DNA from: a virus
Taxonomy: Duplodnaviria > Caudoviricetes
Virus record (IMG/VR): IMGVR_UViG_3300033513_000022
Location: 1 to 42,816 of that record
Direction: 5' to 3' (one strand)
Length of the DNA stretch: 42,816 nt
Part shown: positions 16,552-24,182 of the stretch, piece after piece
Numbering within the stretch: position 1 is the stretch's first letter
How the letters are laid out: the number at the start of each line of letters is the position of its first letter
Notes under the pieces: model-generated
Told to the model about the DNA's origin: nothing
The model's input: the letters and a program-made list of their open reading frames with translations, nothing else
Database searches by the model: none
Made by a program: the position numbers and the translations under genes

Positions 16552-17092
16552 GGGTGGACTCCTTGTCAGTCAACATCTGCCACGCATTACAGAAAACGTT
16601 GGCGAATGTCATGCAGAATTCCGCCTTCGGGATGGCTAGTTCAAACAGGATTTGGTCATCGGGAAGAGCCAGGCCCGCCATCATTCCCGGTATTTTTTGA
16701 CCTGCGGGCAATGGTTCAACGAGGCGAAAAAAGACGACCGATACCTTGTCGTCCCTGGTGATTGTAGCAACCCCGATTTCCTTCCCGCCTGCCGATACTT
16801 GCCAGGGCCTCGCCCGCTCCAACTCGGCCTCGGCTTTCTCGGCGCGGGCCAGCAAATCTCTATATCCCCGGCCCCTCCACGCACACTCGTCGTCATATGC
16901 TTTTTTGAGTGTGGCAAACTCCACCCGTAGCCCCTCGTTCTCGGCCTTCACCTTCGGGTGGTCGAGGACGGTGGCGCGGATGCTTTGGCAGATAACGCAT
17001 TTGGATTGATGAAACCACGCCGAAGTTTCGCTATCAAAATGCTTGACCATCTCCTCCGTCGTAACCTTCGCCTCGTTCGTCGGGTCAGTCAT
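16544..17092 (-). CDS. Hypothetical coiled-coil protein carrying a C-terminal domain shared with 15659-16129
   Basis: Start MTDPTNE with GAGGAG RBS; AGGKEIGVATITRD...CMTFANVFCNAW. Confidence 0.7.
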   Translation of the reverse strand: MTDPTNEAKVTTEEMVKHFDSETSAWFHQSKCVICQSIRATVLDHPKVKAENEGLRVEFATLKKAYDDECAWRGRGYRDLLARAEKAEAELERARPWQVSAGGKEIGVATITRDDKVSVVFFRLVEPLPAGQKIPGMMAGLALPDDQILFELAIPKAEFCMTFANVFCNAWQMLTDKESTHD

Positions 17093-17280
17093 GTGAATCT
17101 CCTCTCCCCGGCAAATACGCTTACAGGAACGGGAACCCAAAATCCGCCAAACACGACAACCTGACCGTCCTTGTTAACGGCGGAGGTGATGTATTCCTTT
17201 CCCCGGTTAACCTTGAAGTGGTCGCCATTCTCCGCCGTTACCTCCCAATCCTGAATACAAATGCGCTGGAACGTGGTCAC
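17089..17280 (-). CDS. Hypothetical protein
   Basis: 63 aa; GTGA overlap with the upstream stop. Confidence 0.55.
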   Translation of the reverse strand: MTTFQRICIQDWEVTAENGDHFKVNRGKEYITSAVNKDGQVVVFGGFWVPVPVSVFAGERRFT

Positions 17281-17471
17281 TTCTTCCCTCCTTTGGCGGC
17301 TTGCTCGGCCCAGGTGACGGTGACGGGGACTACGCGACACGGGGGAGGAGTCTTTGGAAAATATCCCTTGTTCCAATAATCCCGCGTAGTGATGGCCGAT
17401 ATTCTTTGAAAAAGAACGTCGTGGAGTTTATCGTTCGCGTCTACCACGCCCCACATCTTCGTGCTAGGCAT
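17277..17471 (-). CDS. Hypothetical protein
   Basis: 64 aa from MPSTKMW; AAGGAG RBS. Confidence 0.55.
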   Translation of the reverse strand: MPSTKMWGVVDANDKLHDVLFQRISAITTRDYWNKGYFPKTPPPCRVVPVTVTWAEQAAKGGKK

Positions 17472-17523
17472 CTTTCTTCTCCTTAACCTACAAAGTTGGC
17501 CTGTCGGCGGTTTCGTGGGGTAG

Positions 17524-17745
17524 TCATTCGTAGATGCTCCTTTTGTCCAGCGGCCCCGCCGGGACAAGTTTCACGAAGTTGCGGACGTTGAGGCACCCGA
17601 CGGCCCCGCCTATCTCCTTGCCCGTCTCGATATTCTTGAGCGTTATGGTCGGATGATGGCAAAAGGAGACGACGCGCCAAACGTCATGGCCGTCCGTGGT
17701 GAATACGTCCCCCGGTTCGATTCCGTCTAAAGTGTCGATGCTCAT
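17524..17745 (-). CDS. Hypothetical protein
   Basis: 73 aa from MSIDTLDG; GGAGG RBS; ATGA overlap. Confidence 0.6.
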   Translation of the reverse strand: MSIDTLDGIEPGDVFTTDGHDVWRVVSFCHHPTITLKNIETGKEIGGAVGCLNVRNFVKLVPAGPLDKRSIYE

Positions 17746-18134
17746 GCTCTCGCCTCCCTTTCGAACTCCGCCCCACACTGATAGCAGGTCGGGTTATGGT
17801 TGACGCGATCGGCGCGGCACTTCCAACATTGGAGGGCGAGGATCTTCGGCCTGGGTCGGGGCGTCGGCGGGCAAGGTTTCTCCCGCTCGCGCCTCGGCCA
17901 ACCCGGATTGCCCTTCGGGAATCGTCCGAGCGGCGGGCTCGCCTGGATGCCGTCGGGGAACATTTCCTCGATGCCGACGCTGAGATAAACCGCCAGGATG
18001 CGGGCGTTGCGCAAAGACGGCTTCTCGTGTTGCAATTCGATTTGGCAGATGCGCGTTTGCGAAACCCCGGTGAGCCGGGCGAGCTCGTATTGAGTGAGGC
18101 CCCCGGACTTGCGGAGGCGGAGGAGGATGTTCAC
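17742..18134 (-). CDS. XRE-family HTH regulator with a C-terminal Zn ribbon
   Basis: LRKSGGLTQYELARLTGVSQTRICQIE..PS, then CWKC..CYQCG. Confidence 0.85.
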   Translation of the reverse strand: MNILLRLRKSGGLTQYELARLTGVSQTRICQIELQHEKPSLRNARILAVYLSVGIEEMFPDGIQASPPLGRFPKGNPGWPRREREKPCPPTPRPRPKILALQCWKCRADRVNHNPTCYQCGAEFEREARA

Positions 18135-18277
18135 CTTCTCCTCCTGATTCGCTCTAACTCTCCGAGAATGACAAAGAGGACGGCCACGATTAAATACAAG
18201 GGGGCCGTAGATTCGTGATGAGTTAGAAGTCCGAGGATAAACACTCCGGCGAAAATAAGCCCCAATAAATCGCTCAC
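18131..18277 (-). CDS. 48-aa two-TM protein (not in the ORF track)
   Basis: MSDLLGLIFAGVFILGLLTHHESTAPLYLIVAVLFVILGELERIRRRR; GTGA overlaps at both ends. Confidence 0.55.
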   Translation of the reverse strand: MSDLLGLIFAGVFILGLLTHHESTAPLYLIVAVLFVILGELERIRRRR

Positions 18278-18552
18278 CTTCTCCCTCCCGGCATGATGAA
18301 GTTGGGCTTCCTCCCCTTCTTCGCCTCCTCCGCCGCCCTAGCCTCGGCCTGGGCCTTGCGCTTCGCGGCCACGTCGTCCGTGATTTGCAGTATCGGCGGG
18401 ATTTGCTTCGAGATGGTATAGATGTCGTCCGAAGAAGCGGCCTGAACGTCGAATGGAAAACCGATGAAGATCAGAAACTTCTTACAGAATCCGAGCCGAT
18501 AACCTCGGGCGACAACCTGTTCCTTTGTGTTGGGAAAATAGACTGTTGGCAT
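18274..18552 (-). CDS. Hypothetical protein
   Basis: 92 aa; AAGGAGG RBS. Confidence 0.6.
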   Translation of the reverse strand: MPTVYFPNTKEQVVARGYRLGFCKKFLIFIGFPFDVQAASSDDIYTISKQIPPILQITDDVAAKRKAQAEARAAEEAKKGRKPNFIMPGGRR

Positions 18553-19587
18553 TTATGCCTCCTTGATTAAATCTTCCGGTTTCACGATCTCCGGTTTGTC
18601 CTGTTCCTTGATTCTCCTCATCGGCTTCGTCGCCCCGAGCCAGAACCCCCAATCCGCCGAGTTGTCGAATAGGTGGAAATGCTCGTTGAGCAACATGCCG
18701 AAGCCGGGGTTCCACTCCGGGTGGGTCGTCGTCTGGAATTGCTTGTAGGCGACCTTGCTCACGTCGAACAGGCCGCCCATGTCGATGCCCATGAATTTCC
18801 CGCTCCTGTCCCACCGGATCGCGGTGAAGTGTCCGTGGGCGTTGAGGACGTGGCGGTGATACTTCTCGGCAAGTCGCGTCGCCACGGCCCCGCTTATCTG
18901 CGAATAGCTTTTCGGGTGGACGAGAAGCCACTTGTCTTCGATATTGAGTTTGTCGTATTCGGAGAAGACGACCTTCTTGCGCCAGACCTCGCCGCCGAGG
19001 AGGATGTTCAAGTGCCGGGCCTGGACTTTCGAGGCGGTCAGGATTCCGATGCGCCGCTCGTGGTTCCCGTTGAGGATGATAATTTCGTCGAAGTAATCGA
19101 ACCCGGCCATGAGCGGACTGTTCGCCCCGATCTCGGCATCGAGGCTGGGCGACTGCTGGCCGTCTTTCGGCGGAAAGTGCGAGGCGAATTCCATGTCGAA
19201 CAGGTCGCCGATGATGATGCTTTTCTTTATCTTGAAGTGCGCCGCGACGAGGAGGAGGCGGTTGACCCATTCGGCGGAATAGAACGGGGCGTGGTAGTCG
19301 CAGGAGATAATGTAATCGTCCATCGGCAGGGTCAATTCTAGATAGGTCTTTATCTCCGGCGGAGGTTGCGTCAGGTTCAGCCGGCCGTATTGCCTGACGG
19401 CGTGGCACACGCTCGACCGGGTGAACGGACGCCCGTATTTTTCGGTCATGGCTTCGGCGATCTGTTCCCGCGTGAAGCCCTGGCCGCGAAGTTCAAGGAC
19501 GAACGTCACAGATTCGATGTCCCAATCGAAGCCGAGGCGATTGGCCGTCGCGCCTTTGATTTGCGTGGGTTCGATAGCGTCCGTCAT
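18553..19587 (-). CDS. HTH fused to a calcineurin-like metallophosphoesterase
   Basis: N-terminal HTH (GFTREQIAEAM..TRSSV); DYH, GDLFD, GNHE, H and AHGH motifs. Confidence 0.85.
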   Translation of the reverse strand: MTDAIEPTQIKGATANRLGFDWDIESVTFVLELRGQGFTREQIAEAMTEKYGRPFTRSSVCHAVRQYGRLNLTQPPPEIKTYLELTLPMDDYIISCDYHAPFYSAEWVNRLLLVAAHFKIKKSIIIGDLFDMEFASHFPPKDGQQSPSLDAEIGANSPLMAGFDYFDEIIILNGNHERRIGILTASKVQARHLNILLGGEVWRKKVVFSEYDKLNIEDKWLLVHPKSYSQISGAVATRLAEKYHRHVLNAHGHFTAIRWDRSGKFMGIDMGGLFDVSKVAYKQFQTTTHPEWNPGFGMLLNEHFHLFDNSADWGFWLGATKPMRRIKEQDKPEIVKPEDLIKEA

Positions 19588-19844
19588 TTCGTCTCCCTGT
19601 TCATTAATGCCGCGCTTTCCCATGCCTGTTTCTCCTCGAACTCTCTGAGCCATCCGAGGTAGGTCTGCGCCTTCGCCAAGTCCGCGTCCGGGGTGCCCTT
19701 GTAGCGGTAGCGGGAAATGTATTTGATAACCTGACCCTTAAGAAACCCGCGATACTCCTCGGGCGTGAAGGACGACTCCATGAAATCTATGGGTTGGATG
19801 GCCCCTCGGTCATAATGCGGAACGGGCGGGTGATTATCGGGCAT
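19584..19844 (-). CDS. DUF3310 (SaV / T7 gp1.7-like) protein
   Basis: HY..G.IQPIDF..GFLKGQVIKYISRY..KG...DLAKA..YL. Confidence 0.85.
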   Translation of the reverse strand: MPDNHPPVPHYDRGAIQPIDFMESSFTPEEYRGFLKGQVIKYISRYRYKGTPDADLAKAQTYLGWLREFEEKQAWESAALMNRETK

Positions 19845-20202
19845 CGGGAACCTCGCTGATGTCGTGGTAAATCGGCATGCCGAGTTCGACGGCCCGCTGA
19901 TATTCGGCGACACTCCCGGTGCTTTTCTCCCACCCGTTGAGGAGGAGGATCGCGTCGCTCGCCTCAAGCCAAGCCATGCTCATGGCCTTAATCTCCGGCT
20001 CGGTGATCGTTTCCCCGAAGCGGAGGAACAGGAAGTAGAGCATGTCCTGGGCCGGGCAGAACGGAGCCCATCCCCTGTGAATGAGCTGGATGGAGACGGC
20101 AAGCATGTCCCGGCAGTTGGCGAGGTATTCTATGGCGAGGTTGTTGCACTCGGGCCGATTGCCTTTGGGTGTGAGAGGTCCGGCGACGTATACGGTCCTC
20201 AT
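19834..20202 (-). CDS. DUF4406/DUF1937-like protein (nucleoside deoxyribosyltransferase-like fold)
   Basis: VYVAGP..PFCP..WLEASDAILLLNGWEKSTGSVAE..A.ELGMPI. Confidence 0.8.
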   Translation of the reverse strand: MRTVYVAGPLTPKGNRPECNNLAIEYLANCRDMLAVSIQLIHRGWAPFCPAQDMLYFLFLRFGETITEPEIKAMSMAWLEASDAILLLNGWEKSTGSVAEYQRAVELGMPIYHDISEVPDAR

Positions 20203-20456
20203 GCTATGTCTCCGTGAAGGTCGTCGGCGATTTTGGAATCTTCATGGCGGCTGATTATCCGCCTGTAGATTTCAAACACCGCCAGGATGATGACTCCGAC
20301 GTAGAGCGCGAAGTTGAAGAAGTTGGGCTTGACGAACCGCTTGAACCAGACGAACAGGACGTAGGCGAGCTTGCCCGGCGCGTCGATTTTCGCGCCCATC
20401 TCGGCCACTACGGGGTCGAGTTCCGGCCTTTCGAGTTTTAAGATGTAGGGTGACAT
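20199..20456 (-). CDS. DUF6899-like protein
   Basis: PYI...R..LD..PG.L.Y..G....A..EIYRR....ED.KI...GD pattern; GGAGG RBS. Confidence 0.6.
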   Translation of the reverse strand: MSPYILKLERPELDPVVAEMGAKIDAPGKLAYVLFVWFKRFVKPNFFNFALYVGVIILAVFEIYRRIISRHEDSKIADDLHGDIA

Positions 20457-20800
20457 TTGACCTCCTTCGGTAAATGTAGTTCCACCCATTGAGTTTTCCC
20501 GTGGGTGAATAGCCTCTCATATCGAATCGTCCCCCGCGTCGGACGTGACGCTCGGACGGCCCACGCGCCATGCGACGCGGCGCATTCGTAGAGTTCGAAT
20601 CGCTCGGCCGGGGACATAATGCCGTTCGTTTTCGCCTGGATGAACCACGGCTCGCGGACAATCGTCCCCTCCATCGGTGGGAAGGCAACGAGGTCAACGA
20701 TGCCATGACTGCCGGCGGCGCGGATGACAAGGAAGTTGCGGGCCTTGAGGTCAGCCTTGACCGTGCGCTCGAATGAGGCTCCGCGAGAGTAGTTGGTCAT
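20438..20800 (-). CDS. Hjc-like Holliday junction resolvase (PD-(D/E)XK)
   Basis: Y.RG..FER..V.RAAGS.G..DLVA..FIQAK. Confidence 0.8.
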   Translation of the reverse strand: MTNYSRGASFERTVKADLKARNFLVIRAAGSHGIVDLVAFPPMEGTIVREPWFIQAKTNGIMSPAERFELYECAASHGAWAVRASRPTRGTIRYERLFTHGKTQWVELHLPKEVKCHPTS

Positions 20801-21948
20801 ATTCTTGCCTCCGCGCCTAACGTGCCGTAGATTCTTTTCCGGGCCATCTCGCAATACTTCTCGTTGAGTTCGAGGCCGATAAATTCCCGACCTAACCTCA
20901 TGGCAACGAGGCCCGTAGTGCCAGCTCCGAAGAACGGGTCAAGCACAGTCCCGCCCTTCGGACACCCCGCCTTGATGCACCGCTCGGGAATCTCCGGCGG
21001 AAAGGTGGCAAAGTGCGCCTCGGCGTAGGGGCGCGTGGCGATAGGCCAAACGGAGCGAAGATTGCGCATGGATCCGCATTGTTCTTCCTTGCTCATGGCA
21101 TCCCATCGTTCATTAAATCCAGCATGGCGGCGACCATGACCACGTTGTTTGTCAGAATGCTTCCCGCCATAACTTTGGGCATCTTTGTAAAGGGGTTTAT
21201 AGATTTTGCCCTCGTCGCCATGCCGGTTACCGCCCGCGGACCCGAATGGCCTTTCGTCCTCTCTGTAAATGGCAGATTCCTTCACCGCCTCCGCGTCATA
21301 CCAGTATGAGAATCCCATCCAGCGTCGAATCGGTTTGCCCTTTTCATCGTACCCAAGAATCTCAGAGAGGTCGGGCTTATAGGACCATTCGAGCGTATCC
21401 TTCGCCCGCCAGAGAATCGCCTTACCGTTCTTGGAGAACATAAACAAGTATTCATGCGCCTTCGTGCATCGGTCGCGGACACTCTCGGGCATCGGGTTCG
21501 GCTTGGCCCAGATGATGTCCTGGCGGAGCCACCAGCCGTCGGCTTGGAGCGCGAAGGCCACTCGCCAGGGGATGCCTACGAGGTCTTTGGGCTTGAGCGT
21601 CGGATGAGGCATCCTGTTTGGAGCCCCAATGAAGTTTGCTCCCAGGTTCGAGCGTTGGAGAGAATCAAGGGCTTTGACCCCATCCTTCGCATAGCCGCCC
21701 TTGTCCCCGTTGTGGTAGCAATCGCCTAGATTCAACCAGAGGCTTCCGTCCTTCCTCAGCACCCGCCGAACCTCGCGGAAGACCTCGACGAGATGGGCAA
21801 CGTATTCCTCGGGCGTCTTTTCAAGGCCGAGTTGACCGGGAACGCCGTAATCGCGGAGGCCCCAATACGGCGGGCTGGTGACGCAACAGTTCACGGACTC
21901 ATCCGGCAACTTGCGGAGTTCGGTCAAGGCGTCACCGCAGATAATCAA
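20797..21948 (-). CDS. Beta-class DNA methyltransferase, likely N4-cytosine
   Basis: TSPPYW catalytic motif, HFATFP and DPFFGAGTTG SAM-binding motif. Confidence 0.92.
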   Translation of the reverse strand: MIICGDALTELRKLPDESVNCCVTSPPYWGLRDYGVPGQLGLEKTPEEYVAHLVEVFREVRRVLRKDGSLWLNLGDCYHNGDKGGYAKDGVKALDSLQRSNLGANFIGAPNRMPHPTLKPKDLVGIPWRVAFALQADGWWLRQDIIWAKPNPMPESVRDRCTKAHEYLFMFSKNGKAILWRAKDTLEWSYKPDLSEILGYDEKGKPIRRWMGFSYWYDAEAVKESAIYREDERPFGSAGGNRHGDEGKIYKPLYKDAQSYGGKHSDKQRGHGRRHAGFNERWDAMSKEEQCGSMRNLRSVWPIATRPYAEAHFATFPPEIPERCIKAGCPKGGTVLDPFFGAGTTGLVAMRLGREFIGLELNEKYCEMARKRIYGTLGAEARI

Positions 21949-22280
21949 AACAGTTCCCCCTGCTCCCCGCTTGCCCCCGCCTCGCGTATCCTCTTTTCGC
22001 GGACGAGTTCCGACATGGCTTGCGAGTGAAGCTGGCCGAGGGCGATCTTCCTATCCTCGGCGTTCACTATGAAAAAATAGCCTTTACTACACGAGCCGAC
22101 GCATTCCATAGTTTCGGCCGCCTTTCTCATGGCCCGGTCGGAAGTCGCGTCCGGCTTGGGCCAATGGCCTAAAGCGCAAAGGTGTGCGAGTAGTTCCTTG
22201 CGCGGGCGGGCTCGCTCATGTCCGCGCGCGTGGGAGCGGAGCCAAGCGTCCATGTCGGCGATGAGCAAGGATTCGGTCAT
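21945..22280 (-). CDS. Putative winged-helix protein
   Basis: G.E.A..RKEL..DR.MRK...E...S.KGYF pattern; ATGA overlap. Confidence 0.55.
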   Translation of the reverse strand: MTESLLIADMDAWLRSHARGHERARPRKELLAHLCALGHWPKPDATSDRAMRKAAETMECVGSCSKGYFFIVNAEDRKIALGQLHSQAMSELVREKRIREAGASGEQGELF

Positions 22281-22462
22281 GGGCGGGCCTTTGCGCGTCG
22301 GTTCCAAGCGGCGACGGCCTTTGGCTTTGGAGATGTCAATGGCCCCTGCGTTTGACAAACGAGACACATGACGGCCCACGCATATGGATTCTCAACAAAC
22401 CCCAGCATGTCATCATTGTCGTCGGCCCCACAGAACGGACACGGTTTGAGTTTTGTTTTCAT
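22277..22462 (-). CDS. Lar-family Zn-binding protein
   Basis: LKPCPFCG..CLVCQTQGP..AVAAWNRRA. Confidence 0.8.
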   Translation of the reverse strand: MKTKLKPCPFCGADDNDDMLGFVENPYAWAVMCLVCQTQGPLTSPKPKAVAAWNRRAKARP

Positions 22463-22689
22463 ACCCTCGCCTCCGGCCCCGGCCAGGTCTTCGTGTCGTC
22501 AATCGTCCCGCCCGGACTTGAACCGGGAACCTCTCGCTTATAAGGCGAACGCTCCACCCTTGAGCTACGGGACGGCATGTGCATCCCCCTCAGTCTCCGC
22601 CCGTCTCTCAGCGCGGCGACGACCCACACGACGAAGACGATTGTGGCGACGACCACCGCCGAGAGGAAGATTTTCAGTTCTAGACTCAT
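22459..22689 (-). CDS. 76-aa single-TM ORF reading through the tRNA gene
   Basis: GAGGAGG RBS; ATGA overlaps at both ends; hydrophobic N-terminus. Confidence 0.5.
   Translation of the reverse strand: MSLELKIFLSAVVVATIVFVVWVVAALRDGRRLRGMHMPSRSSRVERSPYKREVPGSSPGGTIDDTKTWPGPEARV
22503..22574 (-). tRNA. tRNA-Ile(UAU), CCA not encoded
   Basis: Cloverleaf: CGTCCCG/CGGGACG acceptor, GCTC/GAGC D-stem, TTCGC-CT TAT AA-GCGAG anticodon arm, CCCGG-TTCAAGT-CCGGG T-arm, discriminator A. Confidence 0.9.
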
Positions 22690-22994
22690 GGAAGCCTCCT
22701 CTTGCTGGCCCCGGCCTTGTCGCGGGCCTTGAGTTCTCGTTTGAGTTTGCGAATCTCGGTCTTGAGTTGGCAGATTGTTCCCCAGCGAGGAACCGCGTCT
22801 TCTTGGTATCGCGTGGCCCGCCGTTCCGCTTCAATCACGGTCGGCCCCTGGGCCATTTTCTCGATGGCTTCCGTGATTCGCTGAAGAAGTCCGCATTGGT
22901 ATTCTTGGATGGTCGGGTTTTGACTGTTGCTTCCGCAGTATTCTTTTCCCAGGTCCATCATGCGACTGAGTTCCTTGTAACTTTTGATTGCCAT
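22686..22994 (-). CDS. Hypothetical protein with a C-terminal coiled coil
   Basis: 102 aa; GAGGAGG RBS. Confidence 0.65.
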   Translation of the reverse strand: MAIKSYKELSRMMDLGKEYCGSNSQNPTIQEYQCGLLQRITEAIEKMAQGPTVIEAERRATRYQEDAVPRWGTICQLKTEIRKLKRELKARDKAGASKRRLP

Positions 22995-22995
22995 A

Positions 22996-23169
22996 TTACC
23001 TCCTCGTTTTCCCGTCCCCGTAGGGAACGTTTTGCTCGAACCGCCCGTAGTCCCTATCCCATGCGCTCCTCTGCCTCGACGTTCTCTCCGCCGTCCTCAC
23101 GGCGAAGATTGCGAACAGCACGCCGCCGAGGGTGAGCAGGGCCAGGATGGGGCGAAGGAAGCGGGTCAT
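22996..23169 (-). CDS. 57-aa single-TM protein (not in the ORF track)
   Basis: MTRFLRPILALLTLGGVLFAIFAVR...; ATGA overlap. Confidence 0.5.
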   Translation of the reverse strand: MTRFLRPILALLTLGGVLFAIFAVRTAERTSRQRSAWDRDYGRFEQNVPYGDGKTRR

Positions 23170-23354
23170 GGTTTCCTCGGTTTCGCGGGATGGCGGCGAT
23201 TCCGCTTTATGATTCGGTCAATATCCCGTTGGAGGGCCGCCGACTTCTTGGCCGCTCCTCCGAAGTCTCGCCGAATGAGGCATCCGCATAAAGAGTCGTC
23301 ACCTATCTCTGTGACGCCTCGATACTGTCCCATGATGTAGAGATTGACTTTCAC
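23166..23354 (-). CDS. Hypothetical basic protein
   Basis: 62 aa; AAGGAGG RBS. Confidence 0.55.
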   Translation of the reverse strand: MKVNLYIMGQYRGVTEIGDDSLCGCLIRRDFGGAAKKSAALQRDIDRIIKRNRRHPAKPRKP

Positions 23355-23593
23355 TTAGCCTCCTTCAATCGCAACGCCGAGTGGAGAATGGCCTTGCTGT
23401 TCACGAATTCCCGCTCCTCGTGCCAGGGGTCGTATGAACTCAGTCCCGGCTTTTTGACATAATGAGTCTCCGCCTTCTCAATCTCCCCCAGGTGGGCCAG
23501 GACAAAGGATTCGAGGTTGGGGTTTCGGTCATAGTTTGGTTCCACCATCTCAAAGGCGAACAGAAGTTTTGACAGATAATCGGTTGCGGTCAT
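23351..23593 (-). CDS. Hypothetical protein
   Basis: 80 aa from MTATDYL; AAGGAG RBS. Confidence 0.55.
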   Translation of the reverse strand: MTATDYLSKLLFAFEMVEPNYDRNPNLESFVLAHLGEIEKAETHYVKKPGLSSYDPWHEEREFVNSKAILHSALRLKEAK

Positions 23594-23645
23594 GGTCGTT
23601 TGGTCTCCTTCCCCGCCCACCATTCCGCCGAGAACTTGGCGAGGG

Positions 23646-24182
23646 TCATTTGCCGAGCCTTTCCGCGAGCTGTCGGACGATCTCTTGGCCCCGAGGCAGG
23701 ACTGCGGGCCGCTCTCCATCCAGGGCCAACTCCCCGCGCTCGCGTCTCGCCCGCGCAAGACCCTTGAACACGCGAATGAAGTGGGCGCGGTCGGCCATCT
23801 CGTTGTCGATGTCCGTTTCGCCGAACTTCTCCCATCCACCGAAGGCTACCCGGACAGCCTCGTTTATGGCGCAGTCGTCTCGAAGATAAAGGCCCCGGCT
23901 GACGGCCCGCGAAGCCCGGCCCCATGCTTCGAGCGCGGCGGTTTCTATCGCATCGTCCGTCCCCAACGCCGCATCGCGGATCTCCGCGATTGTCGGAATG
24001 GAGGAATACCGCCTCGTTTTGATGATGGTTTTCACGGCGCGGTTCACTTCATCTATGGGAATGTCCCGGAGATGTTCCCAATAAACATCTATGCGCTCCG
24101 GGGCGATGCCTTTCTCACCGAACGCGGTTCCCAGGAGGGCCATCAGGATTGCAAACTTCTTCTTGTCGTCACTTACCGCCAT
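23646..24182 (-). CDS. Putative helicase loader/inhibitor (SPP1 G39P-like N-terminus)
   Basis: F..LM..L..AF...YW..L.D....V..AV..I...PTIAEIR..A.EAW; follows the initiator gene. Confidence 0.65.
   Translation of the reverse strand: MAVSDDKKKFAILMALLGTAFGEKGIAPERIDVYWEHLRDIPIDEVNRAVKTIIKTRRYSSIPTIAEIRDAALGTDDAIETAALEAWGRASRAVSRGLYLRDDCAINEAVRVAFGGWEKFGETDIDNEMADRAHFIRVFKGLARARRERGELALDGERPAVLPRGQEIVRQLAERLGK

Noticed and set aside
21290-21430. Intein or intron in the methyltransferase
   Set aside because: The extra segment is short and in frame, lacks Cys/Ser...His-Asn splice motifs, and falls in the variable target-recognition region.
22463-22502. tRNA-associated HDV-like (theta) ribozyme in the 3' trailer
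   Set aside because: The required nested double pseudoknot could not be built from this short trailer.
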